Shown piece by piece: positions 42,150-51,661 of a stretch of 64,000 bases of DNA (within the stretch, counting starts at the first letter, position 1; every line of letters starts with the position of its first letter). The translations under genes were made by a program, and so were the position numbers. Source of the DNA: Promethearchaeia archaeon (GTDB lineage Archaea; Asgardarchaeota; Lokiarchaeia; Sigyniarchaeales; SOKP01). The stretch covers positions 480,001 through 544,000 of the forward strand of contig JAHQWG010000016.1 of assembly GCA_029856045.1 (NCBI GenBank), read 5' to 3'. Below the pieces are notes generated by a model. It ran no database searches, was not told the DNA's origin, and was given only the letters and a program-made list of their open reading frames with translations.

Positions 42150-42457
42150 ATGAAACCACCATCTGATTATGAATTTAGTTATTTCTTAATAATTAACTCT
42201 AACAATTTTACTTCTTATAAATTTTTTTACAGATACAAATCATGGAAAGTCAAGTTATCGGCAAATTAATCCCTTTACTACAGGTTTTAATTTAATAATA
42301 AAATTTGGGTATAACCTATCTTCAAACCTATTACTACTTGTTTTATCTAACGTTATAAAAAAAAATATTAAAATTTAGAAATACTTTTAAGATTACCTTG
42401 ATAACTAGAAACTCCGTGTGCTCATTTTACTCAATAATACATAGATTATTTGACTAA

Positions 42458-43234
42458 CTATACTCCAGGAATACTTGTCCGTTTGTGGATGAAGTCCAGT
42501 GCCTTGGAGACAATTGTGATCAGAGCTAGAAAAATGAGAGCGATAAAAACATATGTGGTGAGTGTGCGAAATGTATTTGCAACGATAAAATGTGCCTCGC
42601 CAAAGAGGTCCACCACTCCAATGAAAAATACAACAACGGTGTACTTCGGAAGATAAGCAGCTTCGTTGGACCACGCAGGAATAACACGACGCAGAGCCTG
42701 CGGTAACACGACATGACGAATGGCAGCCAGGCGAGACATACCCAGCGATTGGGCAGCCAATAATTGTCCAGTTCCAACAGACTTAATGGCTCCACGGATG
42801 TATTCAGCCTGATAGGCTGCACTATTAAGACCTAACGTGAGGAGACCGACAAGCATTCGGTGATCAAAGATGGTGTAAGTAATAATCCGGTCTAGGATTA
42901 TGATGTCGGTCTGGATATTCCACTTCCCAATGGGTATGGGGGAAAGACCTTGTGCCTCCAAAATAGAATTCATGCTGTAGGGGAGAAAGTAGATGAAGAA
43001 CAACTGCGCGAGTAAGGGTGTACCACGTATAATTTCAATGTACCCAGTAGCAATCCGTGAAAGAATTATCCCTCCATACTGGCGGAGAAGAGCGAGCAGA
43101 AGACCAAGGAAAAAACCCATCACAAGTGCCCCTCCATACAATTCCATCGTAGTCAGGAACCCTGCGAGGATATGATCCCAGTATTCCAGTACGCGGAGAA
43201 TGTCCTCTATCGGTTGAGGGAGTACTTGGAACAT
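42458..43234 (-). CDS. Polar amino acid ABC transporter permease
   Basis: [29 protein letters not shown] motifs. Confidence 0.93.
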   Translation of the reverse strand: MFQVLPQPIEDILRVLEYWDHILAGFLTTMELYGGALVMGFFLGLLLALLRQYGGIILSRIATGYIEIIRGTPLLAQLFFIYFLPYSMNSILEAQGLSPIPIGKWNIQTDIIILDRIITYTIFDHRMLVGLLTLGLNSAAYQAEYIRGAIKSVGTGQLLAAQSLGMSRLAAIRHVVLPQALRRVIPAWSNEAAYLPKYTVVVFFIGVVDLFGEAHFIVANTFRTLTTYVFIALIFLALITIVSKALDFIHKRTSIPGV

Positions 43235-44013
43235 CACTTGCTTTCCTCCTCGTTTGAACGCTTCAGAAGTTCTTTATGGCTTCCGTATAAAATATCAAGC
43301 TGTTTGAGAAAGTGTTTCACCCGCTCGGATTTGGGCGAGACGAAGAAGTGCTGGGGGGTCCCCCGTTCTACAATGATTCCATTATCGAGGAAGAGCATTT
43401 CTGATGCTACGGCTTTAGCAAATCCCATTTCGTGAGTTACGACTATCATTGTAGTACCAGATTTAGCGATGTCTAACATCACTTGAAGCACTTCGCCGAT
43501 CAGTTCGGGATCCAAGGCAGATGTAGGCTCATCAAATAAAATTACATCTGGCTTCATGGACAAAGCACGTGCAATACCCACACGTTGTTGTTGACCACCA
43601 GATAATTGTGCAGGATAGTGGTCTGCCCACTTCGCCATTTTGACACGACCCAACATCTCTAATGCCTTTGCTCGAGCCTCTTCCTTTGGTAACTTTTTTA
43701 CCCGGCGAAGACCAATACTGACATTATCTATCGCTTTGAGGTGGGCAAACAAGTTAAAATGCTGGAATACCATGCCGATTCTCGCCCGCATCATATTAGG
43801 ATTGACTCCAGGTGCTATAAGATTCTGTTCGTGGAGATATACTTCACCCTTGTCTAGTGGGTCCAGCATATTTATGCAACGAAGCAACGTGCTCTTGCCA
43901 GAGCCACTTGGCCCAAAGATGACCTTGACCTCTTGCTCCCCCACCTCGAATGAGACTCCCTTAAGGACCTGTAAATCCCCATATGACTTCCAACCATCAA
44001 CTATACGTATCAC
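43234..44013 (-). CDS. Polar amino acid ABC transporter ATPase (GlnQ-like)
   Basis: [36 protein letters not shown]. Confidence 0.95.
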   Translation of the reverse strand: MIRIVDGWKSYGDLQVLKGVSFEVGEQEVKVIFGPSGSGKSTLLRCINMLDPLDKGEVYLHEQNLIAPGVNPNMMRARIGMVFQHFNLFAHLKAIDNVSIGLRRVKKLPKEEARAKALEMLGRVKMAKWADHYPAQLSGGQQQRVGIARALSMKPDVILFDEPTSALDPELIGEVLQVMLDIAKSGTTMIVVTHEMGFAKAVASEMLFLDNGIIVERGTPQHFFVSPKSERVKHFLKQLDILYGSHKELLKRSNEEESK

Positions 44014-44027
44014 AGATTTAACGATAT

Positions 44028-44714
44028 CTAATCCCCTCCCATTCCCAACTTCTTAAGTTTCTTGGTTTGTCGTTCGCCAAACATCTTTGTTATAGGGAAA
44101 GTAAAGATAAAGTATATAATCGCAACAACAACCATCGTTGGAGCCCAGAGCAGCGGATAATTAGCAGATACACGAAATGCCACCTTTAGCATCTCAATAA
44201 TTCCAAATCCATAGGCGTAGGACGAATCCTTGATGACCACCGCATATTCATTAGACCAGCTGGGTATTGCCAACCGTAGGGCTTGGGGCAACACAATGTG
44301 TCGAAAAGCTTGAAACTGGTTCATACCTAGTGCACGAGCAGCCATCATCTGCCCTGGGTCCACGGATAAGATAGCCCCGCGAAAAAGTTGAGATTGGTAA
44401 GCCCCACTGCGAAGGCCAAGCGCCAAAATTACGCCGAAAAACGGTCTCATAAGAGGGTCTATAAACCAAAATATACCCGGTATTCCAAAGACGAAGATGC
44501 TTATCAAAATCAGAAGTGGGATGCCGCGCAACACTTTCTCGTAAGCGCTCGCTATCCAACCGAGTTCTATACCGCCGTAGACACGCATTATTGCCAGCGA
44601 TAGACCTAGCACAAACCCCCCCAACAGACCTAGGGCAGTGAGTAATAAGGTTGTAGGCAATCCATTCACAAGAATATAAAAAAAAATAGAAGGGAGATCT
44701 GGCGTCTCCACCAT
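44028..44714 (-). CDS. Polar amino acid ABC transporter permease
   Basis: [34 protein letters not shown] motifs. Confidence 0.93.
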   Translation of the reverse strand: MVETPDLPSIFFYILVNGLPTTLLLTALGLLGGFVLGLSLAIMRVYGGIELGWIASAYEKVLRGIPLLILISIFVFGIPGIFWFIDPLMRPFFGVILALGLRSGAYQSQLFRGAILSVDPGQMMAARALGMNQFQAFRHIVLPQALRLAIPSWSNEYAVVIKDSSYAYGFGIIEMLKVAFRVSANYPLLWAPTMVVVAIIYFIFTFPITKMFGERQTKKLKKLGMGGD

Positions 44715-44724
44715 CACTCACCCC

Positions 44725-45510
44725 CTAAAACCACTTTGCGATGAGAGTATCCATCGTCCCGTCTTTAAAGGCTTCAAGCAGGGCTTTATTGATTGTCGCC
44801 ATCAATTCTGGTTCTTCCCATTTACACCATAATGCTGTAGGCTCAGCTGGTACTATAAAAATGGACTTGAAGCCGTATGCCGAATACTGGCCTAAGACTG
44901 GCTCGTCTATGAATGCTACATCGATACCACCAGCGTCTAAGTCGGCGAGCATTAAAAGTGCGCTAACGTATGACGCATAATCTACATTAGCGTCTGTTAA
45001 CTCTTCCTCTTGGGTGGTCCCCGCTTGACAACCGACCGATTTGTCGGGAAGAGCTGCTAAATCCTCTAATTTAGTAATTGTAAGGCTTGAATCACCCCTA
45101 ACAATGATTAATTCGTTTACACGAATGTAGGGCACGGAATGCGCGAGAACCTCTGCGCGTTTTGGAGTGACCATTATTGCGGCTGCAATCATATCGATTG
45201 TGCCTCCAGTACAAGCACCAACCAGCAAGTCAAAATCCATGTCTTTCCATTGGATAGTAACATTGAGTTCTGCTGCAACCAATTCTGATATGTCAATGTC
45301 GAAGCCTTCCAACTCTTCTGTTGTTGTATTGTAAATCTCGAAGGGTGGCCAATCAGAACTAGTTCCAACAATGATATAACCTCGCGCCTTAATCTGATCA
45401 ACTAGCGATACGCGTGTTACCCCAGCAAGAAATGGGGAAAAAAGCCATCCAGCTGCGAACCCTGCCACAACGCAGACTATTATCACTATTGCTGTAATTC
45501 CTTTCCTCAT
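44725..45510 (-). CDS. Polar amino acid ABC substrate-binding protein (family 3)
   Basis: N-terminal anchor, VGTS.DWPPFE, GFDID, T.KR...FS.PY-like motif, Q.GTTQE. Confidence 0.92.
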   Translation of the reverse strand: MRKGITAIVIIVCVVAGFAAGWLFSPFLAGVTRVSLVDQIKARGYIIVGTSSDWPPFEIYNTTTEELEGFDIDISELVAAELNVTIQWKDMDFDLLVGACTGGTIDMIAAAIMVTPKRAEVLAHSVPYIRVNELIIVRGDSSLTITKLEDLAALPDKSVGCQAGTTQEEELTDANVDYASYVSALLMLADLDAGGIDVAFIDEPVLGQYSAYGFKSIFIVPAEPTALWCKWEEPELMATINKALLEAFKDGTMDTLIAKWF

Positions 45511-45782
45511 TTTATTTCATTTCTTTTTATTTTATTTTAATTTATTTTATTAAATTTAATTTTTTTTATATAAATATTATATAAATATATAAAGATTTCG
45601 TTCTTTATTTATTAACTGTGAATTATCTTTAATCTCAAAATTTTTATTGCTCACCAACAAGATGTAGTATAAAACGTTAATTCATTAATTGCAACAGTAT
45701 TATAAAATATTAGATTGCATTATCATATATTTTGAGTATAAATCTAGATAAAAATGCTTAAAATCCCAATACGATGATTGGG

Positions 45783-45886
45783 AAAAAACAGTAACAGATA
45801 TCTTTTTATTTAACGCAACTCCTCCAAAAGATTTTTTTTCAAGAATAAAAAATGCAAATAGAAATAAGCTAGAATTAAATAAATAA
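45783..45886 (+). pseudogene. 3' fragment of a diverged allele of the GGR-family gene
   Basis: Encodes KTVTDIFLFNATPPKDFFSRIKNANRNKLELNK*, versus KTTTDIFLFNATPPKDFFSRIKKANFKF* in 39685-40872. Confidence 0.88.
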
Positions 45887-45922
45887 AAATGAAAATTCTT
45901 TCTCCATCTTCTTTATAATAAT

Positions 45923-47035
45923 TCAACTAATTTCTCGCAACAATTCATCAATTAGGTCTAAACCAGCTAAAAAATATTTTTTTTCAGAACCAATACCAAG
46001 GCGTATATAGTTGTCCATCCCGAAACAGTCGCCGGCTACAACAAAAACATCCTTTTCTTCCCTGAGTTTAGTGGAGAGCTCTGTGGAATTGATTTTTATA
46101 TTATACCGCAAAAATGCCATACCTCCTGCATGCGGGGGTATGAAATGAAAGAGCTCCTTATGATTTTTAACCCATTCCACTAATGTACCTAGATTTCCAC
46201 TCAATAATTTCCGATTACGACTTAATACTTTCTTTCTTAATTCGGGTTGCAAAACTAAAGTTGCAACACGTTGGCTAATAAGATTTGTAGCAATAGTTGT
46301 ATAATCACTATAACTCCATGCTTTCTCAATAAACTTTTTTAGTCCAACCAACCAACCAATCCTTAAACCTTGAAGCGCATAGGCTTTAGCGAGTCCGCCG
46401 TTTACAATAACTTTTTCATATTGTCCCCAAAAAGTAGGTGTTTCCTTACCACTTAATTCTGCACCACGGTATATTTCATCAACATATAACCAAACATTTG
46501 CCTTTCTCGCTAAATAAACAATAGATTTCATTGCTTCTTCACTTAATACAGCCCCTGTGGGATTATTCGGATTGCAGATGGCTATCATTTTTGTTTTGGG
46601 TGTTATTTGAGATTTTAATTCTTCGATATCAGGTTGCCAATTCAAATCTTCTTTTAGATGAAAGGGTTTAATTTTGACCCCAAAAGAACGAGCAAGTCCA
46701 AAAATTTGCATGTAGTTTGGCAACATGAATATTAATTCATCATTTGGTTCTAAAAGGCTCCAAATAGTTAAAAAATTTGCTTCAGCAGAACCATTTGTCA
46801 CTAAAACATTATCTATATCTGCCCCCAGATATAAAGAACTGATTGTTTTTCTTAATTCTACGGGACCATTTGTCTGACCATATCCAAGTCGCATGGAAAG
46901 TATTTTTTCTAATTCATCCTCGTTTAATAACTCTTTTAGTGAATAAGGGTGAACACCACTTTCAGTCAAATTGTATTTAACTGTATTTTCCCATAATGAT
47001 TGGGTTCTTTCAAGCATAAATTCTTCTAATTTCAT
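45923..47035 (-). CDS. Class I/II PLP-dependent aminotransferase
   Basis: NPNNPTG, DEIY, LAKAYALQGLRIGW (PLP Lys). Confidence 0.92.
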   Translation of the reverse strand: MKLEEFMLERTQSLWENTVKYNLTESGVHPYSLKELLNEDELEKILSMRLGYGQTNGPVELRKTISSLYLGADIDNVLVTNGSAEANFLTIWSLLEPNDELIFMLPNYMQIFGLARSFGVKIKPFHLKEDLNWQPDIEELKSQITPKTKMIAICNPNNPTGAVLSEEAMKSIVYLARKANVWLYVDEIYRGAELSGKETPTFWGQYEKVIVNGGLAKAYALQGLRIGWLVGLKKFIEKAWSYSDYTTIATNLISQRVATLVLQPELRKKVLSRNRKLLSGNLGTLVEWVKNHKELFHFIPPHAGGMAFLRYNIKINSTELSTKLREEKDVFVVAGDCFGMDNYIRLGIGSEKKYFLAGLDLIDELLREIS

Positions 47036-47085
47036 GAAATTTTCTCTTTTTTATCAATTTGATTTATTATAAAATTTTATCACTC

Positions 47086-48054
47086 CTAACTAGTAGATGG
47101 TAAAGATTCATATATTGCTTTTGAAATTTGAATATCTTGAACAGCCACTCCGGTTAAATCTGCAACGGTAATTTCTTCATCTGAAGCACGTTGCAATGTT
47201 TTATTAGAAATCATAACTCCTAATTCAATTAAATCTTCCTTATTAATCATACCATTTTTAATTGCACGAAAACATTCCCCACGTGATTGAGACTGATCGA
47301 TGCTGTCAACTATTACCCTATCTGCTTTTTTTAAGATTGCAGAATCTAACTCTTGTTTTTCGGGAGTATCCGATCCCATAGCTGTGATATGAGTACCTTT
47401 CTGAATTTGATCCGCATATATCAACGGAGTCTTTGAAGGTGTGCATGTGACGACAAAATTACAAGTCGAAGTTACATCCTCTGTATTTAAAGTCGTTTTA
47501 ATATTATAACCTAATAGGTCCATATCTTTTTTATATGCATCTAATTCCTGTTGCGTTATCCCACAGGCAATAACATCCTTACAATCTATAATAGTTTTTA
47601 AATATTGTAGCTGCATTCTTCCCTGAACGCCAGGACCAATAATTCCTATTCGATGAACCTTTTTTGGAGCCATATATTTAGCTACAACTGCACCCGCAGC
47701 CGCAGTTCTCACATTGGTAAGATGCCCCTCATCAAGTAAGATGCAAACTAATTCTCCTGTTTTTTGACTAAACAACAGCATAAGCCCACTATATCCAGGA
47801 AGCCCTATTTTTGGATTATCGTAAAACCCAGCAGCAATTTTAATAATATAATAATCATCTCCTTTAATGTATCCGTATTTAATATGGCAATCGCCCGGAG
47901 GATTCTCAAAAATCATTTCACCAATCGGGGGTACTACTACTTTACCCTGAGAATAAGCAACAAATCCTTCTTCAATTTTTTGTATCGGATCAATTGATTT
48001 CAAAATTTCTTTAATTTGTTCTAATTTTATTATTTTACTCATTTTTTTATTCAT
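47086..48054 (-). CDS. Ornithine cyclodeaminase/mu-crystallin family protein (EutC/imine-reductase-like)
   Basis: GFYDNP..GLP, LT.VRTAAAG, G.G.QG, HITAMGSD, DLTGVAVQD motifs. Confidence 0.9.
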   Translation of the reverse strand: MNKKMSKIIKLEQIKEILKSIDPIQKIEEGFVAYSQGKVVVPPIGEMIFENPPGDCHIKYGYIKGDDYYIIKIAAGFYDNPKIGLPGYSGLMLLFSQKTGELVCILLDEGHLTNVRTAAAGAVVAKYMAPKKVHRIGIIGPGVQGRMQLQYLKTIIDCKDVIACGITQQELDAYKKDMDLLGYNIKTTLNTEDVTSTCNFVVTCTPSKTPLIYADQIQKGTHITAMGSDTPEKQELDSAILKKADRVIVDSIDQSQSRGECFRAIKNGMINKEDLIELGVMISNKTLQRASDEEITVADLTGVAVQDIQISKAIYESLPSTS

Positions 48055-48773
48055 ATATTTCTCTCTTTTTAAGGGGATTTAAATATTATTATCAATATCA
48101 ATTTAAATTTTTTAAGATTATAAATCTACCAGAATGAATTTATTAAACTAGTTATAATTATATAAATTGATTTTTCTTCTATTGTATTCCTTAAAATAAA
48201 GTATAATTGAAATTATAAATTGTTTTTCTAGTTTCATATATTACCATTTTTAAAAACATCAATGAATATTTTTGATCTTGATCAATAAAAAAACTAACAT
48301 TTATGCAATTTTTAGGAAAAATGGTTTTAAAAAAATCTAAAAAGAATATTCTTCATTCCGATTTCATTTCTCTTTCCTTACTTTTTTGACTAATTTGGGA
48401 ATAATTTCATATATATTGAAATTTTTTTGGAATAATTTTTCAATACCACAATTTTCCCATTATGACAATTTCTATTAAATTCAATTTGAATATTCTTATT
48501 TTCCCATTTAACGATGTATCAAGTTATAATTCAACGATTTTATTAGTATTCAATCTTATTTTGTAAGGTAAACCTGTTTGATATGTGGATTTTCAAAAAT
48601 ACGAAATTCTTATACAAAAAAATTAAATTATGGAAATGAAAAAGTAAAAAATGTGAATGAAAAAGGAATAAAAATTAAGAAATTTCATGATTTATCTAAA
48701 ATCAATCAATTTTCTGCTCCAAAAGCTTTAAATACTTGATTGTTGTTAATAATTTTAAATAATAAAAAAAATT

Positions 48774-49127
48774 ATGAGTGAAAAAAATATGAGTCAAAAA
48801 GTTGAACCAAAAATTGAAAGTGTTTTAACTGAAATTCAGAAAGTTAAAATTTTCAATTTGGTTAGATATGTTTCAAAAAACACTTGCGAACGAGTTTGTC
48901 CTGAAATCTTAGATATGCTTTTAAATAGTGAAAAAGGAAAGTTAAAAAGCAACTTAGGTAAAACTATATTTCATTTACAGCGAGTAGAAAGACTTAACTC
49001 AACTATTGGGTTAGAAAGATTAATTGAAGCAGGATTATTAGTTGATACTGATGGACTTCTCAAAATTTTAGAATCATCTGAGCAAGATGCAAAAGACTTA
49101 GCAAGTGAAATGAGAGAAATTCTCTAA
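48774..49127 (+). CDS. Hypothetical protein
   Basis: 117-aa ORF, predicted helical, no recognised motif. Confidence 0.7.
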   Translation: MSEKNMSQKVEPKIESVLTEIQKVKIFNLVRYVSKNTCERVCPEILDMLLNSEKGKLKSNLGKTIFHLQRVERLNSTIGLERLIEAGLLVDTDGLLKILESSEQDAKDLASEMREIL

Positions 49128-49211
49128 TAATAAACAAAATTTTTTTAATTTCTTTTACATTTTTATCTTTAATTTTAGATCTACTATTTAAAAAATTAAA
49201 GGAGTATTGAA

Positions 49212-49778
49212 ATGTTTCAGGGATTTAATGAACAAATGTCAGCTTTAGTTTCACCTGTTAGATTTGATACATTTTCATCTTCTATCTTGTGTGAACTTAA
49301 AATAAAAAGTTCTGAGCAAATTAATCTTAATAAAGGTGATTTTGTTAAAATTTTTGGAAAAAAAAGGGTAACTGTATGCAAGATTAAAAAAATATCATAT
49401 GAACATAAAGATAATATTATATGCATTCCATATAAGATAAGAAATAAGTATGGCATTAATCTAAATGATTTCATACGAATTCAAACTTTTCCTAAAAAGA
49501 CTGCTAAATATGTCAAGATAACTCCAGTAGGTTTGGATTTTAAATCCACAAAAAAAATAATTAAATATATTAGAAAAAAGCTTTTAGACATGCCATTGGT
49601 AAAAAATGATATAATCTCTATTAATATTGGTTTTAGAAGACATATTGATTTCGAAGTTTTGAATATTCAACCCACAAGTCCTGCACAAATATCTACAGGT
49701 ACTGTTTTTGATATGGTTTTATCATATCATCAAGAAAAGAAAATTAAGGAAAAACTAATTTTAACTCTAACTATTTAA
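49212..49778 (+). CDS. Stand-alone CDC48 N-domain-like protein (no ATPase)
   Basis: Aligns by eye with the local CDC48 N-domain: L..GD.V.I, I.I...IR...GI...D.IRI, A..V...P, L...P...NDII, F.V....P...QI...T. Confidence 0.72.
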   Translation: MFQGFNEQMSALVSPVRFDTFSSSILCELKIKSSEQINLNKGDFVKIFGKKRVTVCKIKKISYEHKDNIICIPYKIRNKYGINLNDFIRIQTFPKKTAKYVKITPVGLDFKSTKKIIKYIRKKLLDMPLVKNDIISINIGFRRHIDFEVLNIQPTSPAQISTGTVFDMVLSYHQEKKIKEKLILTLTI

Positions 49779-50716
49779 ACATTTTTTAATTGCCAAATTT
49801 TAATTGTTTTGTCTAAACTCCCGCTTATTATATAATATTTAGGAGCTTGAGTTTTGTATTGTTCAATTTTAATTAATTTTATTGATTCAATTTTATCCTC
49901 ATGAGCAGGAATTTTCAATATTTCTTGAACTGGTGAAATTGAATAAATATATAAATTGGTACCTCCTAATATTAAAAAAAATCTTCCATCATTTTGAAAT
50001 ATCTCTAACGAATTTAAAGGTTCTTCAAGTTGTTTGGAAAATAATAATTTAATATTGTTGATATCCCAGCCAAATATCCCTCCATAATTATCAATTCCAA
50101 CTAGGAGATTTTGATTCGATATAAATTTAAGATCCATAATTGGACCTTCTCCTCTTAGAAACATTTTCTCTTCATTCATTTTCAAGTCCCATAGTATTAT
50201 TTTAGAGTCAAAAGTTCCTAAAAATAACGTTAATTCGTTTTCTGTGCAAGAAATTGAAAGAATAGGAGAATTATATTCATCAATACTTGATAAGATGTGG
50301 AAATATTTAAGATCCCAAAATATAATTTGACAATCAAATCCAGTCGAAATTAATTGATTCGATTTTTCAAGATAAAAAAGTTTTTGAACATAATCTAAAT
50401 GACTTTCTAAAGATAAATCACAATACAATGTATTTGCCTTATTCTCCCAGATTTTTATAGTCTTATCTAAGCTAGATGAAAAAAGAGTCGAATATTTCTT
50501 AATAAACAGTATATCGGTTATCCATTTCTTATGTGCATTGATAGAATTTAATAGTTTTGGTGTTCCAATAGAATTATCTTTATTTATATTTAAATCCCAA
50601 ATTTTTATCGTTTTATCTAATGATCCACTATATAAAATCCCCTTTTCTTCATCATAAGCTAAAGAACTTATCCCTAATGCATGTTCCTGTAATTGATAAA
50701 TTTGAGATAACTCCAT
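49775..50716 (-). CDS. WD40-repeat beta-propeller protein
   Basis: About 7 repeats of H...I......SGS.D.TIKIW(D). Confidence 0.92.
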   Translation of the reverse strand: MELSQIYQLQEHALGISSLAYDEEKGILYSGSLDKTIKIWDLNINKDNSIGTPKLLNSINAHKKWITDILFIKKYSTLFSSSLDKTIKIWENKANTLYCDLSLESHLDYVQKLFYLEKSNQLISTGFDCQIIFWDLKYFHILSSIDEYNSPILSISCTENELTLFLGTFDSKIILWDLKMNEEKMFLRGEGPIMDLKFISNQNLLVGIDNYGGIFGWDINNIKLLFSKQLEEPLNSLEIFQNDGRFFLILGGTNLYIYSISPVQEILKIPAHEDKIESIKLIKIEQYKTQAPKYYIISGSLDKTIKIWQLKNV

Positions 50717-50748
50717 TTTAAACTTTATATTATTTTTTTTATAATGAA

Positions 50749-51549
50749 TTAATTGGAATTGTTAAATAGGTATTTTTTAATTAATAGATTTTTCTCATCA
50801 GGAAGAATTAAAAATAAACCATCGATCTCAAGAATACTTAAAAAATTTAAATATTCTTTTGCAAATTTTAAACTGACATTTAATTGATTTTCTGAATCTT
50901 TCATATCTTTTAATAATTCATCTGGAATATTTAAATTCAAAAATTTTTGAGCAAATTTTACCTGTTGCGCATCTAAAAAAACTCCAAGTTTGATAAATAC
51001 TGATAAATCTAATGATTTCGCCTCTTGGATGAAAGGAATGAAAATCGAGGGTTCATAATTTTCAGGTAAAAGGATAAAATCAAATCCTGCAATTTTTAAA
51101 TCGCTAAAGAACATTGTATCTTCGGTAATCTCATCAAAAGATAAACCAAAACAAATATTTGAGATGTCGCTTGTTAAATCCGATTTGATTTCTGATACTA
51201 TATCAAGTAAATCTTCATAATCATCCTTTTCAGAAAAAAATAATACTGTTTTTACACCTAACTCATTCGCAGTATAAATATTTGAAATAGCCACATTAAT
51301 ATCTCTATTATCTAAATTAATCTCATATATGAGATTTTTATAATCTTTAATAAGCAATTCAATAGTAGAAAGTGGAGCTAATAAAAACCGATTTTCTACA
51401 TTTTCATCTATTATTGCTATACCATCAACAGAATTTATGATTTTTTCAATTTGTTGAAGAAATATCTCTTGGTTATTTTTCTCTGGAGGATCCAGAAATT
51501 CTATAAGAACTAACTCTTCTCTTTCAGTTGCTAAATCATTTAGGTTGAT
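50749..51549 (-). CDS. Degenerate methylenetetrahydrofolate reductase (MetF)-fold protein
   Basis: Extended frame from ATC at 51549 gives IEF.DPP, VDGIAIID, RD.N, A..LGV..VL, AGFDFI, V.I.LG, ..IPDELL, DG...I, co-linear with MetF but lacking key motifs. Confidence 0.62.
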   Translation of the reverse strand: MNLNDLATEREELVLIEFLDPPEKNNQEIFLQQIEKIINSVDGIAIIDENVENRFLLAPLSTIELLIKDYKNLIYEINLDNRDINVAISNIYTANELGVKTVLFFSEKDDYEDLLDIVSEIKSDLTSDISNICFGLSFDEITEDTMFFSDLKIAGFDFILLPENYEPSIFIPFIQEAKSLDLSVFIKLGVFLDAQQVKFAQKFLNLNIPDELLKDMKDSENQLNVSLKFAKEYLNFLSILEIDGLFLILPDEKNLLIKKYLFNNSN

Positions 51550-51661
51550 CTATTTTTCACCAAATATAGAATTAATAAAAATTCAGAATTCAAATGTAAT
51601 TAATATTCAAGATAAATTAAATCTATTATTTTGCAAAAACAATACGAAAATAAAACATGGT

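Noticed and set aside
42405-45401. Many overlapping alternative-frame ORFs (e.g. 43640-44056, 44251-44721)
   Set aside because: Shadow ORFs caused by the higher GC of the ABC cassette; no recognisable motifs
48200-48620. Possible decayed gene on the minus strand
   Set aside because: Only short stop-interrupted frames with no recognisable homology
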